The translations under genes were made by a program, and so were the position numbers. The notes under the pieces are model-generated. The model ran no database searches. It saw nothing but the letters and a program-made list of their open reading frames with translations, and had not been told where the DNA came from. Positions 54,244 to 63,195 of a stretch of 64,000 nt of DNA are shown in pieces (position 1 is the stretch's first letter; each line of letters opens with the position of its first letter). This DNA comes from a virus (Duplodnaviria; Heunggongvirae; Uroviricota; Caudoviricetes), in the IMG/VR virus record IMGVR_UViG_3300037466_001520; one strand, given 5' to 3'.

Positions 54244-54459
54244 TCAAGGAGTGGTGGGAGGACTACTGGGGCATGATCGTCCTGACCGTCGTGGTGGTAG
54301 TCCTCTTCGTGGCGGGCGGGTTCTCTGTCTCAAGCTACTACGACGCCCGCAACTCCTGCATCAACCACGACGGACTCCCGGAGCCCACCGGCTGGTTCGG
54401 GATGGGGATCCAGTGCGTGGACTACCACGGAACAGTCATCAAAGCCGTCCAACAATAAA
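54241..54459 (+). CDS. small membrane protein
   Basis: ATGA overlap; TM helix. Confidence 0.45.
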
Positions 54460-54489
54460 CTGCAAGAATTGCAAGAAGGAAACCAGACA

Positions 54490-54732
54490 GTGGCAATCGG
54501 AGCTACCCTCAAGAAGAACGTCCACGCCCTCACCCGTCGCCGGGACTTCCTCGTGGAGCGGGTGAAGTGCTATCAGGGGAACAGCCCGTCCTACGACAAG
54601 GCAGAGGCCGGGGCGATCAGCTTCGCCCTGCGGATGATCGAGGAGTACCCCGAGGAGGCCCGACAGGTGCTCCACAAGCTCCAGATCGACAAGGGCATCT
54701 ACAAGGCCATGCACGGGGTCGAGGGTGTCTGA
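54490..54732 (+). CDS. hypothetical protein
   Basis: GTG after AAGGAAA; a TTGCAAGAATTGCAA dyad sits immediately upstream (track start 54469 lies inside the dyad). Confidence 0.45.
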   Translation: MAIGATLKKNVHALTRRRDFLVERVKCYQGNSPSYDKAEAGAISFALRMIEEYPEEARQVLHKLQIDKGIYKAMHGVEGV

Positions 54733-54877
54733 GGCCGAGGGAGCGGTGCTGCTCACCGCACTGGCCGGGATCGGGGTCGTCGTCATCATCGCCGGACTCT
54801 CCTTCGTGGGAATGATCTCGGCCTACGTCGTGCTGACGTTCAGCGCGTTCCTGAACAGGTTCCGGCGCAGAATCTAG
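54725..54877 (+). CDS. small membrane protein (50 aa), not in ORF track
   Basis: GTG overlapping upstream TGA; hydrophobic LLTALAGIGVVVIIAGLSFVGMISAYVVL. Confidence 0.35.
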   Translation: MSEAEGAVLLTALAGIGVVVIIAGLSFVGMISAYVVLTFSAFLNRFRRRI

Positions 54878-54949
54878 CCGCGACTTGCGCAGTTGACACA
54901 GCCTGTATATGCTAGACAAACCAACCGACAGACACGGGAGACCAAAGCT

Positions 54950-55207
54950 ATGACCGAACTGAGCAAGAACGAAGCACGCGAGCACGCCCGACGCATCATC
55001 GAGAACGCCAAGGAGGACTCGACCCTCGCCATCGCCGACAAGGCGATCATCGCGGAGGGGCTCTTCCCCGAGGATCTCTCCGAGGTGCTCGCCCAGATGA
55101 GGACGGCGCACGTCCTCGTCACGTGGGACGATGAGGTCGTCGCCGAGCCCGCGAAGGATAAGGACGAGAAGTCCAAGAACCAGACCTCTGCCTCGCCCAA
55201 GGGCTGA
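54950..55207 (+). CDS. hypothetical protein
   Basis: RBS GGGAGACCAAAGC; terminator downstream. Confidence 0.5.
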   Translation: MTELSKNEAREHARRIIENAKEDSTLAIADKAIIAEGLFPEDLSEVLAQMRTAHVLVTWDDEVVAEPAKDKDEKSKNQTSASPKG

Positions 55208-55221
55208 CGATTCGCGCTGAG

Positions 55222-55255
55222 AAGGCCCGCTCCTCAGGGGGCGGGCCTTCGCTTG
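55222..55255 (+). terminator. hairpin GGCCCGC-tcctcaggg-GGCGGGCC-TTCGCTTGG
   Basis: After ORF 54950-55207. Confidence 0.45.
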
Positions 55256-55324
55256 GACAAGGAGTGTAAGACTGTGTATGATTACTACACCGACAGATAT
55301 CAGAGGAGGCAGCAGTTGCTAGAA

Positions 55325-55339
55325 CTTCACTTCACTTCA
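55325..55339 (+). repeat. (TTCAC)x3 pentanucleotide tandem repeat at the 5' edge of a start-less coding-like region
   Basis: ACTTCACTTCACTTCACG read directly from the sequence. Confidence 0.6.
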
Positions 55340-55446
55340 CGTGCCAGTCCGGAGCTAACTACCAGACCTTCGGCGCACACGTCGCCGACAACATCGGGGC
55401 CGTCGTCGAGCGCTACACGCACTGGGGGGAGGGCGGATCCGACCGG

Positions 55447-55599
55447 ATGGCCGTCGTCCTCCAGTTCGACCTCGGCCAGCTCGCGTGGACCATCTGGGAC
55501 ACAAATGCCGAACTGTTCGAGGATTCCGCGTTCCACGGCACCGAGGCCGAGAAGAAGGAGATCGGCGTCGACAACATCCTCTGGAAGGAGACCCACTGA
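55447..55599 (+). CDS. hypothetical protein; the coding-like signal extends upstream to ~55282 without a canonical start
   Basis: First in-frame ATG; the same frame is strongly GC3-biased from ~55342. Confidence 0.35.
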   Translation: MAVVLQFDLGQLAWTIWDTNAELFEDSAFHGTEAEKKEIGVDNILWKETH

Positions 55600-55898
55600 T
55601 GGCCCAAGCAGCAGTCATGGAGTTCGAGGCCGACGACAACCTAGTGCAGGTCCAAGCCCTCTCAGCGGCCATCACGCGCCACCACGAGTCGCTGGAGGCC
55701 GTGCTGGAGCATTACAACCCTTGGGAGGGTCGGGCTAAGTTCACCATCTACATATACCTCCGAGGCGAGAGCCGGAGATACCAGTGGGAATACGAGCGGG
55801 ACTACTTCAAGAACATGATCCTGTGGCCTCTGGACGAGCGGCTCGACCGGCTCAACGTCGAGAACTCGGAGATCACGTGGTACGGAGGCTTTGAGTGA
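55599..55898 (+). CDS. hypothetical protein
   Basis: ATG overlapping TGA. Confidence 0.5.
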   Translation: MAQAAVMEFEADDNLVQVQALSAAITRHHESLEAVLEHYNPWEGRAKFTIYIYLRGESRRYQWEYERDYFKNMILWPLDERLDRLNVENSEITWYGGFE

Positions 55899-56110
55899 TG
55901 GTGGAGAAGAAGCGCAACACCGAGCGTCGGCACGTTCCCGGCGTCGGCAAGGACGTCAAGGTGACCCGGGACGGCGAGGTCTTCGTGAACGACCGAGAGG
56001 TGCACAACCTCCCGGTCATCACGGCCCTTGACGGGACGAGGATGACGCTCCAGATGGCGATCCACAAGTCCTTCCCGGACATACCCATGAGGAGGGTGCC
56101 GACATGGTGA
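55895..56110 (+). CDS. hypothetical protein
   Basis: Overlap coupling. Confidence 0.45.
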   Translation: MMVEKKRNTERRHVPGVGKDVKVTRDGEVFVNDREVHNLPVITALDGTRMTLQMAIHKSFPDIPMRRVPTW

Positions 56111-56364
56111 CGGAGCCGGAGTTCAAGTCGCAGACCCGCGAGGAGCGCCGGAAGAAGGCCGAGTTCCGCAGGGCTCTGGAGCGCAACGCCGAGGCCGCGC
56201 TCGTCCGCAGCGGGGTCAAGTCGCCGTCCATGGGCTTCTTCGAGAAGGACGGCAAGACCTACATGTACCACATCCACCTCAACGAGGAGGGGCGGATGAA
56301 GGAGCGCGTCTACCAAGTGCACGTGAGCCTCCGCCCCATCGTCGAGCACGTAGACAAGGACTGA
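56104..56364 (+). CDS. hypothetical protein
   Basis: 86-aa ORF. Confidence 0.5.
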   Translation: MVTEPEFKSQTREERRKKAEFRRALERNAEAALVRSGVKSPSMGFFEKDGKTYMYHIHLNEEGRMKERVYQVHVSLRPIVEHVDKD

Positions 56365-56365
56365 C

Positions 56366-56653
56366 ATGCACATCGAATTCTCCTGCAACATCACGAAGAA
56401 CCCGGCCCTCGACGACTTCGACGACCTGACACTCCAGATGGACCGCAACTGCGGCGGGGGAGCGAACGCGGAGTTCCGCCACGACCCGCAGAAGAATCAT
56501 CTCATCGTCCTGCTCGACCCCTGCCCAGTCGCCCTCCAGACGTGGGACGCCGAGGACTGGCACCCGTGGGGCATGGCCTGCCTCGACAAGTGCCTCCCGA
56601 TCCTCGACCGGCTGGAGGCCGAGGACATGTTCTTCAAGCTGGTCGACGAGTGA
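56366..56653 (+). CDS. hypothetical Cys-containing protein
   Basis: 95-aa ORF. Confidence 0.5.
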   Translation: MHIEFSCNITKNPALDDFDDLTLQMDRNCGGGANAEFRHDPQKNHLIVLLDPCPVALQTWDAEDWHPWGMACLDKCLPILDRLEAEDMFFKLVDE

Positions 56654-56835
56654 AGGCTTGGGTGCTCAAGTTCCGGAGCTACCGGGGCGGCGACTCGGTC
56701 ATCTGGGACTACGACACGGAGGACGAGGCCAAGGCCGAGGCCGACAGGCGCAACGAGGCCTACCAGTCCGACACCTTCTACGTCGAGCGCTGGGACCCGG
56801 AGAAGTACGGTCCGTGGTTGACACGAACTGAGTAG
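56650..56835 (+). CDS. hypothetical protein
   Basis: GTGA overlap. Confidence 0.4.
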   Translation: MKAWVLKFRSYRGGDSVIWDYDTEDEAKAEADRRNEAYQSDTFYVERWDPEKYGPWLTRTE

Positions 56836-56886
56836 CTGTGTATCTTTATATCTGTCAGCAGGAAGCAGGCAGAAAGGGGGCGCAGG

Positions 56887-57189
56887 ATGCCCGCACAGAT
56901 CAGGAACCTCCAGTGGTGCAAGCCCGGGATGAAGGTCTTCATCCGGGTCGTCGGAGCGGCGGGCGAGAGGCTCGACCCCGCCACTGTCATCCGGTGGACC
57001 AAGACCCGCGTCTACGTCGTGGACGAGCGCGGCAACGAGCGGTCCTTCTACCAGCCCACATGGGCACTCAAGCTCATCGAGTGGAAGAAGCTGCGGCCCG
57101 GACAGGGATTCCGCGAGCTGGTCTCCGAGAACTACCCGACATTCAAGGCCGAGGTTGAGGCCGCACGAGAGGCAGGGATCACCGAATGA
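56887..57189 (+). CDS. hypothetical protein
   Basis: RBS GAAAGGGGG; TTGACA-N17-TATCTT promoter upstream. Confidence 0.5.
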   Translation: MPAQIRNLQWCKPGMKVFIRVVGAAGERLDPATVIRWTKTRVYVVDERGNERSFYQPTWALKLIEWKKLRPGQGFRELVSENYPTFKAEVEAAREAGITE

Positions 57190-57353
57190 CCAAGGTAAAG
57201 TACACCATCGACCTCGACATCGACGAGGAGTCGTGGGACCTCCAGTTCTCCACCGGCAGGGACGCCAAGTCCATCCGGGAGGACGTCAAGAGCTACCTCG
57301 ACACCGTCGTGATCGAGCAGCTCCACGCCATCGACGCACTCAAGACCGCCTGA
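57186..57353 (+). CDS. small hypothetical protein (55 aa), not in ORF track
   Basis: ATGA overlap; GC3-rich. Confidence 0.4.
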   Translation: MTKVKYTIDLDIDEESWDLQFSTGRDAKSIREDVKSYLDTVVIEQLHAIDALKTA

Positions 57354-57413
57354 GCTTGACGCCAGCATTCACAACTTTGTATCTTTAGACCAAACCTACG
57401 GAAGGAACCACCC

Positions 57414-58022
57414 ATGACGACAGTCGGCAGCACGCTCAACAGCGCCCTCACCGGAGCCAACCGCTCCCTCGAAGTCCACAACCCCTCGGACAGTCTGATC
57501 AACTTCACCATCCTGCGCCAAGATACCGGAGCGTTCCTCCCGACCCCGGAGAAGCTCGGGATCACGGTCAACAAGGCCGACTTCCTCGCACTCCCGGAGG
57601 TTGCTGCGGTCACCAAGGAGCGCGCGCTGGCGATGGTCGAGAAGGAGCGCGAGCACTGCCACGAGATGAAGGCTCGCGCCGAGACAGCGGAGGCCAAGCT
57701 GGAGAAGGTCGAGAAGGCCGTCGCCAAGCTGCGCAAGGAGGTCCGCCAGCAGTTCTTCAACGAAGCCAACAAGACCTATGTCGAGGGCGTGATCACCTTC
57801 CTCGAAGAGGCACTCTCCGACGAGCCCGAGTTCGTACTGCCGACCGAGGAGGGCGAGGAGTTCGTCGCCTACATGGGCTCAACCGAGATGCGCTTCAAGA
57901 CGGTCAGGTATCAAGGTGACGGCTCCTACCAGATCTACTACCTCACCGACGCCTCGCTCTGGAACGCCGAGCAGGTCTTGGGCTACCTCAGCGGCCACAA
58001 GAACATCGAGAAGGCCGCTTGA
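57414..58022 (+). CDS. hypothetical coiled-coil protein
   Basis: RBS GGAAGGAACC; TTGACG-N18-TATCTT promoter upstream. Confidence 0.55.
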   Translation: MTTVGSTLNSALTGANRSLEVHNPSDSLINFTILRQDTGAFLPTPEKLGITVNKADFLALPEVAAVTKERALAMVEKEREHCHEMKARAETAEAKLEKVEKAVAKLRKEVRQQFFNEANKTYVEGVITFLEEALSDEPEFVLPTEEGEEFVAYMGSTEMRFKTVRYQGDGSYQIYYLTDASLWNAEQVLGYLSGHKNIEKAA

Positions 58023-58372
58023 GCACGCTCTCGTGGAACCCCAAGGGGCTGCGCGAGTACCTGTGCAGGCAGTCCGTCGTCGCCCCGACCGATGAGGTCG
58101 GGGAGGCGATCTCTGCCCTGATCCGCGTCCTCGACAGCCACAGGCCCCTCGGCTCGGACGGGAAGCACGGAGACAGCCACACCGACTTCTGCGGCTGCAT
58201 CCGGCACTGCGAGCACTGCGACGAGGACGTGGAGATCCGGCCCACCGTCTTCGGCACGACCCGATGGATGCACATCCGGATACTCAAGCTCTGGGACGGG
58301 ACTCCAGTTCGTGCTTCGCTGTGGGAGCGCTGCGAGGGCAAGAACACCACGGCGACCCCGGTCATCGGCTAG
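58019..58372 (+). CDS. zinc-binding protein
   Basis: HTDFCGCIRHCEHCDED. Confidence 0.5.
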   Translation: MSTLSWNPKGLREYLCRQSVVAPTDEVGEAISALIRVLDSHRPLGSDGKHGDSHTDFCGCIRHCEHCDEDVEIRPTVFGTTRWMHIRILKLWDGTPVRASLWERCEGKNTTATPVIG

Positions 58373-58449
58373 GGGTCGGGTTGACACCCGGCCCTTGGCC
58401 GTTCTAATATATACACATGTCAACAAGCACACCGAGCAAGGAGGAAACC

Positions 58450-58743
58450 ATGAAGCTGAACATCGAGTGGACGCAGGACAACGCGGACGAGAAGACCATC
58501 GACCACCTCACCAGCGAGGTCGGGAAGGTCTTCGGCGCTGGCGTCGACTTCCTCGAACTGAGCCGGGGCAAGCTGCGCACCAAGGTCAAGGTCACCGTCG
58601 ACACGGCGCTGCGGCTGCGCGAGGTCGAGGACTTCGCGCACGCTGTCGGAGACAAGCTGAGACGGGAGTTCAAGACCTTCGACGTCCGCAAGCTCACCTT
58701 CACCCCGAGCTTCGCGATCAACCTGCCGGGAGCGGAGGACTGA
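58450..58743 (+). CDS. hypothetical protein
   Basis: RBS AAGGAGGAAACC; TTGACA-N18-TAATAT promoter upstream. Confidence 0.5.
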   Translation: MKLNIEWTQDNADEKTIDHLTSEVGKVFGAGVDFLELSRGKLRTKVKVTVDTALRLREVEDFAHAVGDKLRREFKTFDVRKLTFTPSFAINLPGAED

Positions 58744-58994
58744 TGCCCGAGCACTACCCGCTCAAGCAGAGCCTCGCGAACGAGGTCACCACCATCGTCG
58801 ACGCGGTCCTCGACTTGATCTACAACAAGCCGGTGAGCCCGGACCATGTCGTCTACACGATCTCCAAGTCTCTCGGGAAGGCCTACAACGAGGGCCACAG
58901 CGACGGAGTGATACAGATGAGCCACGCCTCCTACACGGCGAGGGACGTCGCCGAGGCGGTCAAGGAGCACAAGCAGAAGGCGGAGAAGCGATGA
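58743..58994 (+). CDS. hypothetical protein
   Basis: ATG overlapping TGA. Confidence 0.45.
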   Translation: MPEHYPLKQSLANEVTTIVDAVLDLIYNKPVSPDHVVYTISKSLGKAYNEGHSDGVIQMSHASYTARDVAEAVKEHKQKAEKR

Positions 58995-59182
58995 CCATAG
59001 AGTTCTGCGGATGGGAGGTCGGGGACCGCGTGATCGTCGACGCCGGACCGTGGGAGGGCGCAACCGCCACGGTCACCGGGATCGACAGGATGACCGGCCT
59101 GATCTGGTTCACGCCCGACGACCCGGAGTGGTCGACCGGCGAGTGCGCGGTTCGGGCGTGGCAGCTCGTGACGGAGGCATGA
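58991..59182 (+). CDS. hypothetical protein
   Basis: 63-aa ORF. Confidence 0.45.
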   Translation: MTIEFCGWEVGDRVIVDAGPWEGATATVTGIDRMTGLIWFTPDDPEWSTGECAVRAWQLVTEA

Positions 59183-59565
59183 TGGAGGAAGTGAAGAGCA
59201 CCGAGAGGCTCTACACCCACGCCGAGGTCATCGAGGCCGCTATCGCCGGGATCAACTCCTACGAGACCCAGATGCTCCGGATCGCGGACTTGAAGATCAC
59301 CGAGCTAGCCGAGAAGGTCAAGGCCCTCAAGGAGGAGCGCTCGCTGTACTGGTCCCGAGAGGTACACACCGGCTGGACCCGGCTGCGCGAGATCCTCGGG
59401 CAGCACAAGTACATGCACCCGGACCGCAAGCGCGGCATGTGGGAGTGCGAGTGCGGGGACGACATCGGGCCGTTCACCCGGGAGACGACGTACTCTCAGG
59501 GACCGGGTCCCACGCTGCACGAGAAGCACCTCGACCACATCGCCGACAAGCTGACGACAGCATAG
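59179..59565 (+). CDS. hypothetical protein
   Basis: 128-aa ORF. Confidence 0.5.
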   Translation: MMEEVKSTERLYTHAEVIEAAIAGINSYETQMLRIADLKITELAEKVKALKEERSLYWSREVHTGWTRLREILGQHKYMHPDRKRGMWECECGDDIGPFTRETTYSQGPGPTLHEKHLDHIADKLTTA

Positions 59566-59609
59566 CCAGCTTCTCTGCAACAATTGCAAGAATTACAAAA
59601 GGGAGACAC

Positions 59610-59927
59610 ATGCAGACTTTGACCGTATCGCTCGTCGGGATCACGCCGCACGAGGACGAGGAGGAGCACGAGGACTTCCTCTACGGGGTCACGCTCGACG
59701 TCGCCGGGTACGCCATCGCCTCGGTCGGCGGCTGGAGCCACAGCCTCATGCCCAACGGCTGGTCGAGCTTCGACGTCTGGGTCAACGTCCCGGACGGCTT
59801 CGAGTGGTCGGAAGGCCCCAACTGGTGGGCGACCCGGGGCCAGCTCTGGGAGCTGCTCTTCCAGAAGTACGGCATCATGGCGACCGAGTTCATCCTCGAA
59901 ACGATAGAGGACGCCGTCCTTGTCTGA
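59610..59927 (+). CDS. hypothetical protein
   Basis: RBS GGGAGACAC; a TTGCAA dyad sits immediately upstream. Confidence 0.5.
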   Translation: MQTLTVSLVGITPHEDEEEHEDFLYGVTLDVAGYAIASVGGWSHSLMPNGWSSFDVWVNVPDGFEWSEGPNWWATRGQLWELLFQKYGIMATEFILETIEDAVLV

Positions 59928-60225
59928 GTTGCAACTCGTGGACAGAGGCAGGTTCATCACGCCCGTCGCATTCTCCGACCTCGTGTTCGAACCGGTAGAG
60001 GGTCCGGACTGGGGAGACGCGGTCCACTTCACGGCCAAGCAGAGCGTCTCGATGAAGTTCGACGTCGAGGAGATGCACCCCGAGACGCTCGCGATCCTGT
60101 TCGGGTCGTGGGTCTCGGTCGGAGAGCAGCACGCCGCCAAGGAACTCCTCTGGCGGCTCAACCAACACTGGCACGGGAACGACCCGGGCAAGCCTGTCAA
60201 CTGGAAGGGGATCGACGAATCATGA
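59920..60225 (+). CDS. hypothetical protein
   Basis: 101-aa ORF. Confidence 0.45.
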   Translation: MSELQLVDRGRFITPVAFSDLVFEPVEGPDWGDAVHFTAKQSVSMKFDVEEMHPETLAILFGSWVSVGEQHAAKELLWRLNQHWHGNDPGKPVNWKGIDES

Positions 60226-60581
60226 CCCGCACACTAACACTGCCCGAGGCCTTCACCTCATGGCCCGAGGTGCTCACCAACCCGGGCCGGGAGCCGCACG
60301 TGCTCGTGCAGGCACGGCTGCTGGAGCCCGGAGTCGGGATGACCATGAAGGCCACCGAGATCTTCAAGCGCTACTTCACCAAGCCCCTGTTCAACTCCCG
60401 GGTGCCTGACGTCGGAATCGGCGGGGTCATCGGCTACACGAGCCGAGGAGGAGACCATAGGCGGCTGATGCGGGACGAGTACGGCTGGGTCGGGCACGGA
60501 CGCCACTGGACCTCCGGGGACATCTCCAATGACGCCGACGAGTTCGGCGTCAACGTCATCCTCTACGGGATCGGCGGATGA
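60222..60581 (+). CDS. hypothetical protein
   Basis: ATGA overlap. Confidence 0.5.
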   Translation: MTRTLTLPEAFTSWPEVLTNPGREPHVLVQARLLEPGVGMTMKATEIFKRYFTKPLFNSRVPDVGIGGVIGYTSRGGDHRRLMRDEYGWVGHGRHWTSGDISNDADEFGVNVILYGIGG

Positions 60582-60928
60582 CTGGGTCCGCCAAGGTCGA
60601 GGAGCTGATGACGACCCTGCGCCGGTACTTCTACGCCGAGCTGGCCGAGAAGATCGAGAACAGGATCGCCGCGCTACAGTCGGAGCAGAAGCCCGACCAG
60701 AAGGCGGTCCAGATGCTCAACTGCATGCTCGGGTTCATGGACGGATGCGTCGACGGCATCGACAAGGCACCCCACCCGGTCGGAGACCCGGTCCCGAGCA
60801 TGGTCACCGTCGACGGGAAGCGGTTCCGCTGCGAGCGCTGCGGGGCGAACGTCTTCGGCAAGATCCTGCTCTCGGACGGCACCGAGATCTTCCGGTGCGG
60901 CTGCGGGACCGAGTACGGGGCCGAGTAG
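60578..60928 (+). CDS. zinc-ribbon protein
   Basis: CERCGAN ... CGCGTEYG. Confidence 0.5.
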   Translation: MTGSAKVEELMTTLRRYFYAELAEKIENRIAALQSEQKPDQKAVQMLNCMLGFMDGCVDGIDKAPHPVGDPVPSMVTVDGKRFRCERCGANVFGKILLSDGTEIFRCGCGTEYGAE

Positions 60929-60986
60929 CTTGCGCGCTAGTTGAAAGGTGTGTATGGTAAGAGCATCAACCAGACAGGGAGGCAAG

Positions 60987-61268
60987 ATGGCAAAGCTTGA
61001 GATCGAACTACGCACCAAGGAGGGGCGCACCCTCGAAGTCGACGGCCTGCTGCTCAGGATACAGGAGCTAACGCGAGCGAGGTTCAAGAGGGCCAGCGTG
61101 GTCAACCAGATCACGCAGATCGTCACTGCCGAGTACGAGATCGACGTCGACGTCCCATGGCAGACCTACAACGACCTCTGCCTGTCGCTCTACAACTTCC
61201 TGCTGAGTCACATGGAGGTCTCGCTCCGTAAGGCCAATGCCGACTTCGGACGCTGGCGGATCTCTTGA
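60987..61268 (+). CDS. hypothetical protein
   Basis: RBS AGGGAGG; a TTGAAAGGTGTGTATGGTAAG motif upstream. Confidence 0.5.
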   Translation: MAKLEIELRTKEGRTLEVDGLLLRIQELTRARFKRASVVNQITQIVTAEYEIDVDVPWQTYNDLCLSLYNFLLSHMEVSLRKANADFGRWRIS

Positions 61269-61564
61269 GCGGGGTCAGCACGGCCATCTCGGTCTACCTC
61301 ACGCACGGGCATCTCAAGGGCCACAGGGCCGCGAAGACCGAGCTGCTGAGGTCCGCCCGACTGCTGGCCGGGGAGTTCGGCACCAAGGCCAGCCTGCACT
61401 CCGACGCGCCGAGCTGGTGGAAGTTCTGGGAGTCCAAGGGCTCGGTGTCGTTCACCGTCGATGGGCCTGCCGACGAAGAGCTACTCAAGGACCGGCTCGT
61501 CCGGGCGCTGGGGCGGACCAAGTCCGGCTGGCTCGTGTGGCGGGCCGACTGGGAAGAGATCTGA
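61265..61564 (+). CDS. hypothetical protein
   Basis: TTG start; overlap coupling. Confidence 0.45.
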   Translation: MSGVSTAISVYLTHGHLKGHRAAKTELLRSARLLAGEFGTKASLHSDAPSWWKFWESKGSVSFTVDGPADEELLKDRLVRALGRTKSGWLVWRADWEEI

Positions 61565-61566
61565 GA

Positions 61567-61800
61567 ATGTTCGTCCTCAGGCCCGGACTGACGGCCCCTG
61601 CTCCCGGGTCGCAGGACTTCGAGGAGGAGCTTCTCGACGCCCTGTGCACGCCGCTCACCGAGGAGGAGATCACCGACCACGAGAGGTGGATGGCGAACTT
61701 CATGGCGATGGGCAAGCGCAGGCCCGAGCTGTTCGACAAGCCGCCCAAGAGGGTGCGGAAAGTCGAGTTGACATCTGTAGATGATGAAGGTAATCTCTAA
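61567..61800 (+). CDS. hypothetical protein
   Basis: 77-aa ORF. Confidence 0.45.
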   Translation: MFVLRPGLTAPAPGSQDFEEELLDALCTPLTEEEITDHERWMANFMAMGKRRPELFDKPPKRVRKVELTSVDDEGNL

Positions 61801-61830
61801 ACATCAACAGGAAAACTTGAGGAGGCGGCG

Positions 61831-62067
61831 ATGGCGAAGAACGTGAAGTGGACCAATCAGGGGCAGCGCACCGGAAGGCCGTGGCATTGGGCCACTGTCT
61901 ACGTCGGGGATGCCAAGCACGACTTCCTGATCCTCTCGCCCTTCACCGGCTCCGAGTTCTGGACGATGTACCTCTACATCGACCAGCCGAACCACCAGAG
62001 GTTCGACAAGAGCTGGCAGGCCAAGACGCGGGCCGCACTCAAGAAGATCGTACGGGAGGAGTACTGA
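61831..62067 (+). CDS. hypothetical protein
   Basis: RBS GAGGAGG; TTGACA-N17-TAATCT promoter upstream. Confidence 0.5.
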   Translation: MAKNVKWTNQGQRTGRPWHWATVYVGDAKHDFLILSPFTGSEFWTMYLYIDQPNHQRFDKSWQAKTRAALKKIVREEY

Positions 62068-62068
62068 C

Positions 62069-62407
62069 ATGGCACCACAGAGCAGGCTTGAATACCACCA
62101 GCGCAGGGCAGCAGGGGACACAGACTTCTACAAGGAGCGCGCCCTGCTGGCAATCAAGCAACTGGAGTCCAACCTCGACGGGATCAAGGTCGGCATCGAG
62201 AACAACTGGATCCCGGACATCCTGAACTTCGTTGGCAAGACCGGCGACGTCGTCGACTACCTCTCCAAGCTGCAAGGCGCACTCCAGCGCCGGGAGGCCC
62301 TCAAGGACATCGCGGAAGACGACGGCACCGATGGGTACTCCGACGACACCGGACGGTTCGAGTTCATCGAAGACAAGCAGATCGACGTATCGGAGGTTCC
62401 GGATTGA
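62069..62407 (+). CDS. hypothetical protein
   Basis: 112-aa ORF. Confidence 0.5.
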   Translation: MAPQSRLEYHQRRAAGDTDFYKERALLAIKQLESNLDGIKVGIENNWIPDILNFVGKTGDVVDYLSKLQGALQRREALKDIAEDDGTDGYSDDTGRFEFIEDKQIDVSEVPD

Positions 62408-62736
62408 AGACGATAGTGGTCCCCATCGAAGGGGACGTCAGGGTCGAGGACGTATCTAAGATCGACCTCGACTACCTCAGCGGAGTAGTCGGCGGCTACA
62501 TCGAGGCGGTCACCCTGCGGGGCGTGAAGGTCACCATGTATATCAACGAGGAGGGCAAGCTGGACGGGCTCGACGTCAACCGGCGCGCGACCCAGCTCGC
62601 ATGGGCCGGAGGCGGGATCGACTACTCCGACTTCATCGTCGGCAACGTCGTGCTCGTCGGCGCACCGGACACGCTGGGCAACGACACCGGCCTGACCGAG
62701 TGGCAGGTCGAGCGCTTCTCCAAGGCCTTCGAGTGA
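62404..62736 (+). CDS. hypothetical protein
   Basis: TTGA overlap. Confidence 0.5.
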   Translation: MKTIVVPIEGDVRVEDVSKIDLDYLSGVVGGYIEAVTLRGVKVTMYINEEGKLDGLDVNRRATQLAWAGGGIDYSDFIVGNVVLVGAPDTLGNDTGLTEWQVERFSKAFE

Positions 62737-62996
62737 ACGTCGGGACAAGGGTCGTCGAGCTGGAGGGCGTCACGGGCCAGCACCTCTCGGTCGAGCGGAC
62801 CGTGCGGAAGGAGAAGGAGGAGTTCTTCGTCCACCTTACGGGCCTTGATGGCGAGTACTTCGAGAAGAAGGACGCGGTAGTCCTCGCGCTCGGAGTGCTG
62901 GAGGCGGCAGGGTACACGGGGAACCGGCTGAGCTTGGTCGGTCTCGCGATCCGAAGCCTCAGGCAGGCCTCATCGAATGGGCTGGCCGATGGCTGA
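62733..62996 (+). CDS. hypothetical protein
   Basis: GTGA overlap. Confidence 0.4.
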   Translation: MNVGTRVVELEGVTGQHLSVERTVRKEKEEFFVHLTGLDGEYFEKKDAVVLALGVLEAAGYTGNRLSLVGLAIRSLRQASSNGLADG

Positions 62997-63195
62997 GGTG
63001 TACCGCGCCAGCCTGACCGTCCTCGGGGACAAGGCCCACGTGGTCGAGTTCGAGGCCAAGAGCATGAAGGCGCTCAAGGGCGCGATCTACCGCTGGACCT
63101 TCGAGGATCTGGAGGGCGAGAACGTGGAGCAGTTGAACCAGTGGTTCATCGACAACGACATTAAGAGGAGAGTGAAGTGGCAGGGGAAGAAGTAG
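62989..63195 (+). CDS. hypothetical protein
   Basis: ATG overlapping upstream stop (alternative start 62977). Confidence 0.4.
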   Translation: MAEVYRASLTVLGDKAHVVEFEAKSMKALKGAIYRWTFEDLEGENVEQLNQWFIDNDIKRRVKWQGKK

